This document shows positions 1-10,489 of a stretch of DNA of 64,000 nt, piece after piece. The DNA is from Eremomyces bilateralis CBS 781.70 (taxonomy: Eukaryota), in the NCBI GenBank assembly GCA_010015585.1, contig ML975167.1. One strand, given 5' to 3'. Position 1 is the first letter of the stretch. Every line of letters starts with the position of its first letter. The position numbers and the translations under genes were made by a program. The notes beneath the pieces were generated by a model. The model was not told the DNA's origin. It worked only from the letters and a program-made list of their open reading frames with translations, and did no database searches.

Positions 1-1
1 A

Positions 2-1785
2 GACAGCAGCTCCTCAAGTCTTCTTTGGATATCTGCGGATCCTGGATGCGGAAAATCTGTTTTCTCAAAATCTCTTGCCGACGACCTCAAACACACGGAC
101 GGTCACACAACTTGTTACTTCTTCTTCAAAGACGACGACGACGTACAGAAAAGTGCAGTTACAGCGCTTGCGGCACTACTCCACCAGTTCTTTCGGCAGA
201 AACCAGCACTTATCAAACACGCTATGTTGGATTTCACCGCTAATGGAGATAAACTTTCTCAATCATTTCATATACTCTGGAGTATTCTAATAAAGATAGT
301 GGCTGATCGGAATGCCGGAGAAGTCTTTTGTGTCTTAGATGCCCTCGACGAATGCGCAGAAGCAGGGCAGTATCAGATTATTAACGCTCTCAGTTCATTC
401 TACCAGCAAGCAAGCTCTAGAAACAATACATCTCGACTTAAAATATGTATCACTAGTCGTCCTTACCCAGACATCGAACGGCGCTTTACTGATCTTACTT
501 CTAACTTTCCTACGATTCGGCTACACGGTGAGCAGGAATCAGATGAAATCAGTCGTGAGATCGACCTAGTCATCAAATGGAGAGTATCTCAACTCGGATC
601 TGAGCTCAAGCTCAATAATTCAGAATAGTCAAATCTCGAAACAGAGCTGTTAAAGATGAACCACCGAACATACCTCTGGTTAACACTCATTTTCGATATC
701 ATTCGCAAAATGATTCGACCGACAAGTCGGAAACTGAAGGCAGTTATTAGTGACCTTCCGTCTACAGTTAATGAAGCATACGAAGCGATTCTTGCAAAAA
801 TCGAGGATGATCGACCACAAGCACGGAAATTGTTCTCCATCGTTGTTGGAGCAACCAGGCCTCTTACGCTGAGGGAAATGAACATCGCTCTAGCTATAGA
901 AGACCGTCATCGCTCCTATAACGACCTTGAACCTGATCTTGACTATGAAGAGAGGTTTAAAGCGTCGGTGAGACACCTCTGCGGGCTCTTTGTGACTGTT
1001 GTGGATCAAAAGGTCTATCTGATCCATCAGACTGCAAAAGAATTCCTTCTCGCGAAAAGTGAGGCCGCTACTATTGGATGGAAACATTCTCGTGTTCCAA
1101 CGGATTCTGAGACCCTTATGGCCAGAGCATGCCTTATATATCTTTCATTCACTAAATTTGATGGAGCGACAGATCAGATCTCTGCAGCAGTCAAACACGG
1201 CTACTTAGATTATGCGGCAGGTTTTTGGGCTGCCCACTGTCGAAAAGTGCAGCATAGTGCAGCCGAGCAAATGTCGGACTTGGTTTTCCGAGTCTGCGCT
1301 ACACGATCCCAGCGGTTCAAGACTTGGTTCGATGTGTACTGGCGGATGGCTCACCAGTGGCAGTCCAATCACAGTTCACAAGCATTTTGATGGTAGAGTC
1401 ATATTTTGGGCACGAGGGTATCGTCAAGCTACTGCTCGAGGCCAAGGCCGACGCCGACTCGAAGGATGAGTACTACGGCGGGGCGCCGCTATGGTGGGCG
1501 GCCGAGAACGGGCATGAGGGTATCGTCAAGCTGCTGCTTGAGGCCAAGGCCGACGTCGACCCGAAGGATAACGACGGTCTGACGCCGCTGTCGGGGCCGG
1601 CAGCAAACGGTCACGAAGGTATCGTCAAGCTGCTGCTCGAGGCCATGGCCGATGTCGACTCGAAGGATAGCGACGATGTGACGCCGCTGTCGGGGGCGGC
1701 CGCAAACGGGCACGAGGGTGTCGTGAAGCTGCTGGAGTCCTTCAGCGGTATATCATTTGCAGCCTCCTCCCCACCCACTACCTAA
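2..1785 (+). pseudogene. NACHT-ankyrin (fungal NLR-like) gene, 5'-truncated by the window edge, with an in-frame stop and a frameshift
   Basis: Frame from base 2 reads LLWISADPGCGKS (Walker A), CYFFFK, FCVLDALDEC (Walker B), ITSRP, RTYLW, LPSTVNEAYEAIL, RPLTLREMNIALA, LCGLFV and YLIHQTAKEFL, all typical fungal NACHT/WHD motifs. TAG at 626-628 interrupts the frame, which continues as ORF 656-1390. A frame change near 1370 leads to QFTSILMVESYFGH and ankyrin repeats ending at TAA 1785. No intron signals explain either break. Confidence 0.85.
1408..1737 (+). repeat. Tandem ankyrin-coding DNA repeats (units of 102, 99 and 99 bp plus a partial fourth)
   Basis: GGN CAY GAR GGT RTC GTS AAG CTR CTG recurs at 1408, 1510, 1609 and 1708, encoding GHEGIVKLLLEAKADxDxKD...PL. 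Confidence 0.9.
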
Positions 1786-2597
1786 AGTCATCCACGCTCT
1801 ATATATCCTGTATAATATTGACAAGAACTGCTATTGCTTTGAAATCAATATGCTGTAACTTCCATGCTGCTCTCGAATTGGTAATAATCGTTGGTTTGAT
1901 GTACCACGTGGTGTACCCAATTGACAGCCAAATGCCTTTCGTTGCCACCATATACTTTGCATTTTAACAACGTTCTTTTGAGATCAGCATTAGCTCAATC
2001 CCTGTTTAACTTTAAGACCATTTAGGTATTAAAGCGTATGGAAGGCATCCGTGCGCTGAGAAGAATCCAAAATGCAAAACGGGAAGCCGAATCTGCTCGC
2101 GACTGTATGGTCGACCATATGTGTCCTTCATTTGCCTGCGGCGTCTAGCCACGTCAACAATTATGACCGCATATTCTCAGTTCTCTAAGTATTCTAATTA
2201 GAGTATCGTGAAGTCTCCTCGATACTCCTATGCCTATACTAGTTCGGATCTGATCCTCCAAGGCCTCATATCCATTCAGTCACCGAAAGCAACATCTCTT
2301 TGTCCACACAGAGCCGATGCGACGCAATTTTCCTTCGTATTCATTCTTTGTGTCGTTCATTGAGTTGCTGTTTCTTAGAAGCCACCTTTGTCTATTCCCC
2401 AGAGCCGTTGTAGGCAACCTAGCATCCCATGACAATGATATATATCCGCAATGTGACTATTCCATAAACCTCCCTAACCTTTTCATCGCCAGACGCCCCT
2501 GTGAAATATACACCTAGCCTCTCAAAGTCCGTAAGCACTCTTCATTACCCACAAACACTCCTTTACCCCACGCCGAACCGAACCACCCCTGCCCGAC

Positions 2598-2915
2598 ATG
2601 TCCGCTCCAACCACCTCCACCCCGGAAAGTCCCCCCATCCTCTCTAGCGCGAACGGCCTTCGAACGGACAAGGTCTTCATCGGTACCGTTGTCAGCATGT
2701 TGCTCCTCCTAGTCGTCCTCGCAGTCGGGATCGCCGCGCTGCTTTGTTGCCACCGGGGACGTCAACACCGCGTCCGCGACTGGTATCGTCGGAGAAGGGT
2801 AGCCAGATGGTCGCTTTGGGAGGCGGATCGGCCAAGCCCGAGCGCATTGATAGGTCGTCCCGATGAGTCGGGTGTTTCCACGCCGGATAGCGTGTTGAAG
2901 AAGGACAGTGCCTGA
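2598..2915 (+). CDS. Small single-pass membrane protein, hypothetical (105 aa)
   Basis: ATG start, one hydrophobic helix (VFIGTVVSMLLLLVVLAVGIAALL) followed by CC and an Arg-rich stretch (positive-inside rule), and a C-rich leader with an AT-rich element near 2503. No family recognised. Confidence 0.55.
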   Translation: MSAPTTSTPESPPILSSANGLRTDKVFIGTVVSMLLLLVVLAVGIAALLCCHRGRQHRVRDWYRRRRVARWSLWEADRPSPSALIGRPDESGVSTPDSVLKKDSA

Positions 2916-3008
2916 GGTGCTGATCGGAGCTACTCATCGATATTTCAGCGGTATCGGTAGGCAAATAGGAAGCGTAAATATAAATATTCCGTAAATCGTG
3001 TCCAGATG

Positions 3009-6000
3009 CTAATCCATTTCATTAGTCTTTCTATTTCGTTCTCGCTCTTCTTTTCTCCATCTCGTCCACTGCTGCGCGAATTTCGGCTTTCCATCATTTG
3101 CTCCTCGGAACTGAAGCCCCAAACTAGGTCCGCGTTCAGTGTCTTGTCCCCCCTCATTGCAAGCCGGGAGTTCCACCAGCGGTATCATCGATGGCCGCCC
3201 ATGCGCGCATTGAAACGGAAACGCACAACCTCCAAGCCGCTTCACAAGGTCCTCGCACTCCGCCACCGACAGTGCGTCGTTGAACATAATCGCGCTGCGA
3301 CATGCGCGGGAGTTGATCAGGTTAATGAGCTCCACGGGCGCGGTATGGGTCTCCTTCAGCCACGACGGGGAGGTCGTGTCCCTCGAGCCCTCATCACTCT
3401 GCAGAGCCATGACCGGTCGTGTTCGTGCCCAGCTGCCGGAGCCCCCGCCCGACGATTCGGCCAGTTTCCAGACTTCGGCGCGAAGCAGTGAGATTAGAAT
3501 TTTCGGTTCCGATTTGCAACGTTCGGAAATGGTGGTCGGGAGGGTCTTCACCGACACCGTCGCTCGGTTGTCATCAACATCGGTAGTGTCGCCGGATCGA
3601 GGCCGCTTGTCTAAGGTTGAAGGAAGGATATCGTAGACAATCGCCCAGTCGGCGAACGACGGTGCATGCAGTCCAAAGAGATCCGCCTCGCGGGGCGTGA
3701 CTTGAAACTGAATCGGGGTTGATAGTTGGACGTGGTTGCGGCGCGAGATGATGTCGCCTTTTGTGACCGCGGAATTCGGTGGCGGCTCGCACAGTGCCGT
3801 CAAGAGAGCCTCCACTCTGACCCGTTCATCGGCGGCATGCTGATCGATTAAGACGAGTAGCTCGGCGCCTGGATGTGCGTCACTCGGTACCTGGACCAGA
3901 ATGAACTTTTTATCAACTTGACTGAGCACCTTGGCACACTGTAAAGAAATCCTTGAGATTCGACTCGCTGTAGACGGTGAGATCTCTTGGAATGCCTGTT
4001 TAATAGCATTTGTACTGCTCCGTGAAGATCGGTCCTTATTGGTGTCGCCAAATTGGGCGGTGAAGCCAACCGTCGGAATATGATTCTCGGCGGTTGGAAA
4101 TACCGGATTGGTCCAGCTTTTGAGAACGTCGGCTAGCCATCCTCCCGTGATTTCAGGAACCTCCCTCTCTTGTGCGCCTGCTTTTGATTTATGCGAAGCG
4201 TGTGCTTTCTTAGATTCTTCGAGAATGAACGCATAGCGCGACTGCTGCCCTCGGTCAACATGAGTGGGACCAATCTTTCGAGGGAGCAGGACGCCTGTCC
4301 TGGAATTGACAAGATGTTTTTGCCCGGTCACAGGATCCGTCCAAACCATGGCTTCGACATCCTGTGCGCCTTGCATTTGCTGGATGTCTTCATTATCTTG
4401 TAGAGCGGCGGAGGAGGTACTCTTCGTTGGAGTCTCGCAGGGTGTACGGGTAGAAGAGGTCGATTCAGCGGGAGACGTTGGCCGATTCTCAGAAAAGCCC
4501 ACCGATCGGTTTATGTCTGCCGGAAGTCGGCCATCCTGGAACTTCGCTGTTTTGGGCCGAAGAGTTAAGTCATTAGGAGTAGATAGCTTCCTCTTTTGAG
4601 GCGTTCTCAGATACCCAGCAGAAGGGGCTGTTGATGGAAGTGTAGGATGAGCAGGCTGGCCATGTGAGCTAGCCGAATCATCCAAAGCATCTCTTGAAAG
4701 TATCTTGAAAGGGGTTTCCTTAGCTGGTGAACGCGTTTGTCGCCGTTCCATGTGCAACTTCTTCGGGCGGAAGTGATGAGCAGCCAGCCATTGAGTAACC
4801 ATGACATTGAGAATGTCCAGGATTGCTTGGAGTCCGCTCTCGTTCGAAATGTCGGCGTTCAAACCAGAATGCTCTTCAGTTTGCTTAATGGTAATCCGGA
4901 GGACAAACATGGGCCAGCGATCCGCGCCCTTGCGGGATGCCCGGAGCTGTCGAAGGGTGAAGTCCGCCCCAGGGGAGTCCCGACCCGTCTTCGAAGGGGA
5001 TGGGTTCTCACCATCCGACTCCGCGTCCTGGTCAGTCTGACCGTAACTGGACAGATTGAACAGCCGGTTTATATGCTCGTACAGAACGTTGTGGCCTGTC
5101 TCGGCAGTCAAAGGTCGGATTCCCAAAGAGATGAACTGCACCTGTCGGGTAGGCGATGGCTCCAGCGAAATTGCGCCCTTGATTCCGAGCTCACGAGAAG
5201 AAGCAGCAGCTGGGATCCACTGCTTTGGGTCATTATTCAAAATCAGACGAGACTGGTTTAGCAAGGACAAGCTGAACGGTAAATCGAATGAATGGCGAGA
5301 GACATCTCCGAGCGCCTCTCCACGATAGCGAGATGCGTTCGAAGGAAGGAAGGAAAATGTATGAGCGCGGTCTTTCACAACCAAGGCGCACTCGCGGCCC
5401 CAGCCTAGAAGCAAAGCGACCACCGACCTCTTGAGATCTTCCCAAAGCCGTTCAGTCTCGACCTTGGAATCTGCTGACGCTGCCCTCTGCTTAACGCGAA
5501 CAGGGAGGTTTCCGAAGAGATCGCGGACCATCACTCGTGTCCCATGACTTCCTCTAGACAGCTCATGGTGAACGGGAGCGGGAAGATGTCGTGCCATGAC
5601 TTTGGAACGGTGAAATACAACGCTGTTGCAAGACTTATGTGTGCGATGGCGAGACGAGACTGTGAGCAAGGAAACTGACTTCAAGGCAGAGAGAAAGAGC
5701 CCATTGTTACCGTACAGTTCCGTCTCGGAGTCAAACTTTGACGTATCTAAAGAAGTTAGACGCTGCGTAGACATGACATTATATTTATACGAACGGTATT
5801 GCTTCCCGAGACCACCACCTTCATGGAACTCAGAAGGCAGGATTCCAACGCCATCATCTTCTACGATGCAGTTCCCTCGATTGAAGTCCACTTCAATCTC
5901 AATTCGTGAGGCTGCAGCATCGAGTGAATTCCTAATCAAGCCTAATGCGACAGCACATAGAGAGGTGATCGTGCTTGAAGATTTGATCTGAGCGACGACT

Positions 6001-6074
6001 TCGTCCGGAAGGCGACGGATTGACGTCAATGGGTGCATATCGACAATATCACCACCATCTCCCCAAAGTGCCAT
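3009..6074 (-). CDS. MLH3: DNA mismatch repair MutL-gamma subunit MLH3
   Basis: N-terminal GHKL ATPase (IRRLP, NSLDA, VEDDGVGI, GTRVMVRDLFGNLPVR) and C-terminal endonuclease motifs QVDKKFIL, DQHAADER, ACRSAIMFND, PFQCAHGRP. A 48-nt intron at 5794-5747 (GTTCGT...CTAAC...TAG) restores YHTSK. Start is ATG 6074 or 6038. Confidence 0.93.
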   Translation of the reverse strand: MALWGDGGDIVDMHPLTSIRRLPDEVVAQIKSSSTITSLCAVALGLIRNSLDAAASRIEIEVDFNRGNCIVEDDGVGILPSEFHEGGGLGKQYRSYKYNVMSTQRLTSLDTSKFDSETELYGNNGLFLSALKSVSLLTVSSRHRTHKSCNSVVFHRSKVMARHLPAPVHHELSRGSHGTRVMVRDLFGNLPVRVKQRAASADSKVETERLWEDLKRSVVALLLGWGRECALVVKDRAHTFSFLPSNASRYRGEALGDVSRHSFDLPFSLSLLNQSRLILNNDPKQWIPAAASSRELGIKGAISLEPSPTRQVQFISLGIRPLTAETGHNVLYEHINRLFNLSSYGQTDQDAESDGENPSPSKTGRDSPGADFTLRQLRASRKGADRWPMFVLRITIKQTEEHSGLNADISNESGLQAILDILNVMVTQWLAAHHFRPKKLHMERRQTRSPAKETPFKILSRDALDDSASSHGQPAHPTLPSTAPSAGYLRTPQKRKLSTPNDLTLRPKTAKFQDGRLPADINRSVGFSENRPTSPAESTSSTRTPCETPTKSTSSAALQDNEDIQQMQGAQDVEAMVWTDPVTGQKHLVNSRTGVLLPRKIGPTHVDRGQQSRYAFILEESKKAHASHKSKAGAQEREVPEITGGWLADVLKSWTNPVFPTAENHIPTVGFTAQFGDTNKDRSSRSSTNAIKQAFQEISPSTASRISRISLQCAKVLSQVDKKFILVQVPSDAHPGAELLVLIDQHAADERVRVEALLTALCEPPPNSAVTKGDIISRRNHVQLSTPIQFQVTPREADLFGLHAPSFADWAIVYDILPSTLDKRPRSGDTTDVDDNRATVSVKTLPTTISERCKSEPKILISLLRAEVWKLAESSGGGSGSWARTRPVMALQSDEGSRDTTSPSWLKETHTAPVELINLINSRACRSAIMFNDALSVAECEDLVKRLGGCAFPFQCAHGRPSMIPLVELPACNEGGQDTERGPSLGLQFRGANDGKPKFAQQWTRWRKEERERNRKTNEMD

Positions 6075-6546
6075 CTTCAATCCAGTGCCGGTTCCTGGTC
6101 ATTACGAGGAACGCAGGGGTTGACTTCCAACTATTGTTCTATTTCGGCATTGTTCCGCGTTCGATGATTGACCATCAAACATGGACAGCAAAAGGTGACG
6201 AACGCATGGACAATTGCCGCATCGACAGTCTTGTCAATTCCCAATCTCGCTTGCGCAGAGGTCAGTACCCGAAGGACCTATTACAGCGTAGCATCTAAAT
6301 GGATCGCAAGATATAGAATAAACCAAACAAGCCTGACAAGCTTGATGTTTCGTGATTGCAAGGCTTCCCTAGGTTCAAGTGATTAGAGAACACACAGGTG
6401 CATGTAGAGTTGACAGGACAAGGCTGACGGCTGGTAGCATGAGTAGCAAGACAAGGGTCTTAAGCAGTTAAGCTGCGCTCCATCACCGAGTGAAATTGTG
6501 CTGTGACTTGGAAGTTGTCATACTTAGTGAGACGATCCACAGTAGG

Positions 6547-6620
6547 GTGACTTCAAGTATCAGAATTCAGGTATCGGAATTCAGACATCAGTATTCCGGA
6601 CCTATCAGTATTCTGGACCT
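6547..6620. repeat. Degenerate ~14-17 bp tandem repeat (gtatcagaattcag / gtatcggaattcag / atcagtattccggacct / atcagtattctggacct)
   Basis: Imperfect direct repeats read directly, in the divergent intergenic region between MLH3 and the next gene. Confidence 0.55.
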
Positions 6621-6747
6621 TAATGTACTTTTGACTGTTCTAGGTTGTCAGCCTCCTGTTCTGTAATTATCTCCGATTCAGTTACAGATCATTTCATTCC
6701 ATCCATGTCCAAGACCGGACCTTAACTCATCCTCCCTCCTAACCTAT

Positions 6748-6790
6748 GGTAAATCACCTGCTGTAAACCACCTGCGGTAAACCACCTCCG
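6748..6790. repeat. Three imperfect copies of a 14-mer GTAAAYCACCTSC
   Basis: ggtaaatcacctgct gtaaaccacctgc ggtaaaccacctcc read directly. Confidence 0.6.
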
Positions 6791-7221
6791 CCTAAATCTC
6801 CATATCACCCTGCACACTCTTGCCGAATTGCACATCGCTTGACCAACGAGAGACATCTATTTAATACCCGAGCGGCGACTGTAACGAAGATTCTTTGTTT
6901 CCTGTACCCTTACAACACCACAACGGCTCTCCAACCAGGCACCAGTCCGGTCCTTCTGGATATTATCGTCCACGGGATCGCATTGCTTGATTATCCCAAA
7001 CCTATTTCTGGGACATTGGTCTATCCCGCTTAAGACCATTCCCCAGAGTTTGACGGTCAAATCCTAGACTAGCATGGCAACTGCCGCACCCGCAACTCGG
7101 CCCCATGGTACGTACGTTAGCTTACCGTCGCTATTTGAATGACGGACTTCCCGCAACTTCTCGCTGAAGACGATATTGCTATGACTTCTGCGTTATGACT
7201 GGTTCTGACTAGCCGTCAAAC

Positions 7222-8403
7222 ATGTCAGACCGAAACAGCCGCCGCCGCCCCTTCGCATGGATGAAGCGACTGGCGAACCTGAAGACATCTGGGTCGCCCG
7301 TTTCGACGGACAAGAAAAGCCAGCTACATACAGGCTCGCCGTCGAAGAAGCACGCGACGCTGAAAAACAACCCATACCCCGAGTCCGGGCACCTCCATCG
7401 ACCATCAGGACTAGGCAGTCCGAACGGCCGGTCGTTCTCTACTCGTCGGTCACAGCAGAATGGCAGCTATACCTCGTTCGAGAACGCGGAACACCATCAT
7501 ACGATGCAGAAGAGCAACAAATCGACCGCTCCAACGGTCGCCACGAACCCAGGGACAATCCATTCCGACGCCGGGCAGTCGAAAGCCGGAACCAGCGCAA
7601 CCGGTGCCGGGGGGATCAGTTCCCTCCGGGCGGACAGCACCTTCTCGTCTCCAAACCACTCAGATCAATCCCTAACCACCACCCTCACCACCATCCAATC
7701 TACAACACCCTCCGGCTTCCTCGCCGCCCCGACGAACGCAAACCCCCACCCGGGGACCGGCCCCAACTTCTCCCACCAATACCCCGTCTCCCCCGTCGCC
7801 TCCGCCATCCCCTCCCACCTCACCATGCCCCACCCCCACACCTACAACGCCGCCACCGCCAACAACGTCCTCTCCGACAACGCCTCCATCATCACCCTCG
7901 CCTCCTCCTCCAAGGCCCGCCGCCGCCGCAACTCCCTTGACACCGACGCCAGCGTCCGTGCCCTCTTCGGCGCCTCCCGCGAAAGCCTCCCGCTCTCCTT
8001 CTTCTCCACCACCGCGGTCGACCCCTCCATCTCCGGCGCGCCGCCCGGGTCGGCCGGGCTGGGCGCCGCCATCGGGACGAGCCGTCCGAGCATCGCGAGT
8101 GCGGAGCGCGCGAGCGTGTATAGTGCGAATGGCGCGCTCTCGGGGCCCGCGGGCGTCATTGGGAGTGAGCGGAATAGCATCCATACACCGAAGAACGTGA
8201 CAGATGGGGGGAGTATTCGGAGTGCGGGGCTCGGAGGGCACGGGAGGGCGGAGAGTCTGAGCGGGAGCATCACGGGGATTATGGGGGGGTTGGGGAATCC
8301 GGTGACGAGCGCGAAGGAGAATAAGGATGAGATTGTGGAGGACGGGGAGGTGGAGTCGGAGAAGGGGGAGGAGGCGGAGAAGGGGCAGGAGTCGGGGCGA
8401 TGA
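7222..8403 (+). CDS. Hypothetical Ser/Gly-rich, probably disordered fungal protein (possible short upstream exon near 7074-7115)
   Basis: 393-aa ORF with strong codon bias and conserved-looking blocks (WMKRLANLK, STFSSPNHSDQSLTTTLTTIQST, DNASIITLASSSK, RRRNSLDTDASVRAL). A CTGAC...TAG acceptor at 7212 suggests an upstream exon. Confidence 0.75.
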   Translation: MSDRNSRRRPFAWMKRLANLKTSGSPVSTDKKSQLHTGSPSKKHATLKNNPYPESGHLHRPSGLGSPNGRSFSTRRSQQNGSYTSFENAEHHHTMQKSNKSTAPTVATNPGTIHSDAGQSKAGTSATGAGGISSLRADSTFSSPNHSDQSLTTTLTTIQSTTPSGFLAAPTNANPHPGTGPNFSHQYPVSPVASAIPSHLTMPHPHTYNAATANNVLSDNASIITLASSSKARRRRNSLDTDASVRALFGASRESLPLSFFSTTAVDPSISGAPPGSAGLGAAIGTSRPSIASAERASVYSANGALSGPAGVIGSERNSIHTPKNVTDGGSIRSAGLGGHGRAESLSGSITGIMGGLGNPVTSAKENKDEIVEDGEVESEKGEEAEKGQESGR

Positions 8404-8724
8404 GGAATGAAGTGTACGATTTCGGATGGGTAACTCACGTGGGGCGGGATGGGCTGGTCTGCTTATGCTGGTGTTCATTTGACCGTAATGATAACTCGCT
8501 CATCCGTATTTGGGACGGTCCATGGCGTTTCATTGCATTTGGCTGGGAGGATGGCTGGGATGATTCAAGCATGACTCGGAAGGTCATCGGGACGGATGGG
8601 TTCAAACCTGCTATACGTAGGTAAGAAGCTTAGGAAATTAGGCTTCATGTTACAGAATTATCAAATTCAAAAACGCTTGTTCATAATTATATTTTGGTAA
8701 TTTCATATTGCAGCGTTCCATTCG

Positions 8725-10489
8725 CTAGCTCGAACCAAGTAATCCGCGCGCACGATGTTGTCCTCTGACAAGCCATCCGCCTTTGAGCAGCGTCCCAACT
8801 TCTTCCAGGCTTAATCCGGCCGTTTCGGGGTATATAAGCCACACGGCGATCCACCCAGCAACGCAGATCGCAGCGTACAATGCGAACGTTCCCGGCCCCG
8901 TCAGCAGCCAGAGGAGCGGCAGAAAGGTGAAGCCGACAATAGTGTTGCAGAGCCAGTTGGTCGAGGTAGCAAGCGCTCCACCGAGGGACCGAACAGTGAG
9001 TGGGAAGAGTCTTTTGAGGGTCAGCAATCATTTGATCGGAATCGATGATATCGGTATGCAATAATACCACGGGAGAACTCACTCAGACTGCTGCCATGGG
9101 ACATTCCCTAGTCCAATAGCATATCCAGCAACGTAGATGACCATAGCTACGACGACCAAAATCGGCCACGGTCCCCCCTTTCCAGTATCGGCCCCTTGGA
9201 CGGCATGGATGTCGATGAAGTTAAAAGCCACTGAACAGAGGATGAGACCGACGACCATGACTGGAATTGAATACAGCAGGATCCGTCGCCTGCCCACGGT
9301 GTCTATCGCATAGAATGCGACTACTGTGAAGAGGAAGTTCGTCATCGCGACACATAGTGCGGTCAACGTAGGGGACTGAAAGCCTACCAGCGCGAAGATC
9401 GTGGCAGAGAAATACATGAGGACATTCTAGATTCCAAATTAGACACCCCCTAAGCAACGGAGGGGGAGCGCACTTACAAAGCCGCATAGCTGCTGAAGTC
9501 CTTGCAGCATACACGCGATGATCAAAGCACGCCGATTCGATGGTACACGCACGAGCTCGGAGAACCGCGCCTTGGTCTTGAAAATCTCGGATTTCATCCC
9601 GGGGGTCGCATGGTGCGGATCTACCCCTTCCAATCGGCTTTCCTCGTTCAGTTCGGACTCAATGCGTCGCAGCGTAGTTTCAACGATCTCGTCGGTGGTA
9701 CTCCCATACGCCTTCTGGAGCACCTGTCTGGCCTTCTCGATCCGCTCTTGCATAACCAGCCACCGCGGCGTCTCCGGCATGAACGCGAACAGTGCCAGCT
9801 GCGCGATGGCCGGCGCCGCTCCCAATCCGACCATCCAACGCCATCCGCGCGGCGCTTCTGAGAAGGACCAGCCGATGACGTAGGCGATGACTTGCCCGAG
9901 GGTGATCATCAGCACCGAGATGACAACCAATCGGCCACGGTGTTGCGCGGGAGCGAGCTCGGATATATACAGCGGCGTCACGAAGCTGGCACTTCCGATG
10001 GCAAAGCCCACCACGCTTCGGCCCAGGATCATCCCCCACACGCTCGTCGTGACCGCCTGCCATAGTGCGCCGGCGATGAACAGGATATCCGCAATCAGGA
10101 TCACGGACTTGCGGCCCAGCGAGTCCGATATAGCGCCCGTCAGAGGATCGGCAATGAACGCGAAGAGGCTGGTGCAGGAGGTGATGAGGCTCTTGTCCAG
10201 CCTGGTCAAAGGGCGGCCAGAGAGGTCGTCTCCGATGCTGACTAGAGTTGACGATATAACGCCGGTGCTATAGCGCGGTCAGCAGCTGTAGCTGTCGGTG
10301 CAAGCGGTGGATTCCTTACTCGTATCCGAATAGTAGACCGCTAATCCCCGCCGCCAGCGTTAAGATCCAGATGAAAAGTACCGGAGACCGCGCGTCGGCC
10401 CGGCGGCGCGTTTCATTCCTGTCAGTGGCATCGTCTCCGTGCTCGTCACCGATCAACGGCTGTCGCTGGCCATCGTCGGGCTCTGTCAT
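8725..10489 (-). CDS. MFS sugar porter, myo-inositol transporter-like (4 exons)
   Basis: Exons 10489-10320, 10267-9478, 9426-~9083 and 9010-8725 give GISGLLFGYDTG, SDSLGRK, PLYISELAP..RG, GWRWMVGLGA, PETPRWL, LQQLCGFNVLMYFS, DTVGRR, WQQSELFP and YPETAGLSLEE. These are sugar-porter signatures resembling ITR1/2. Confidence 0.9.

Noticed and set aside
6547..6800. Short repeats as a possible CRISPR array
   Set aside because: Units are adjacent, degenerate and lack unique spacers; eukaryotic context with no cas genes.
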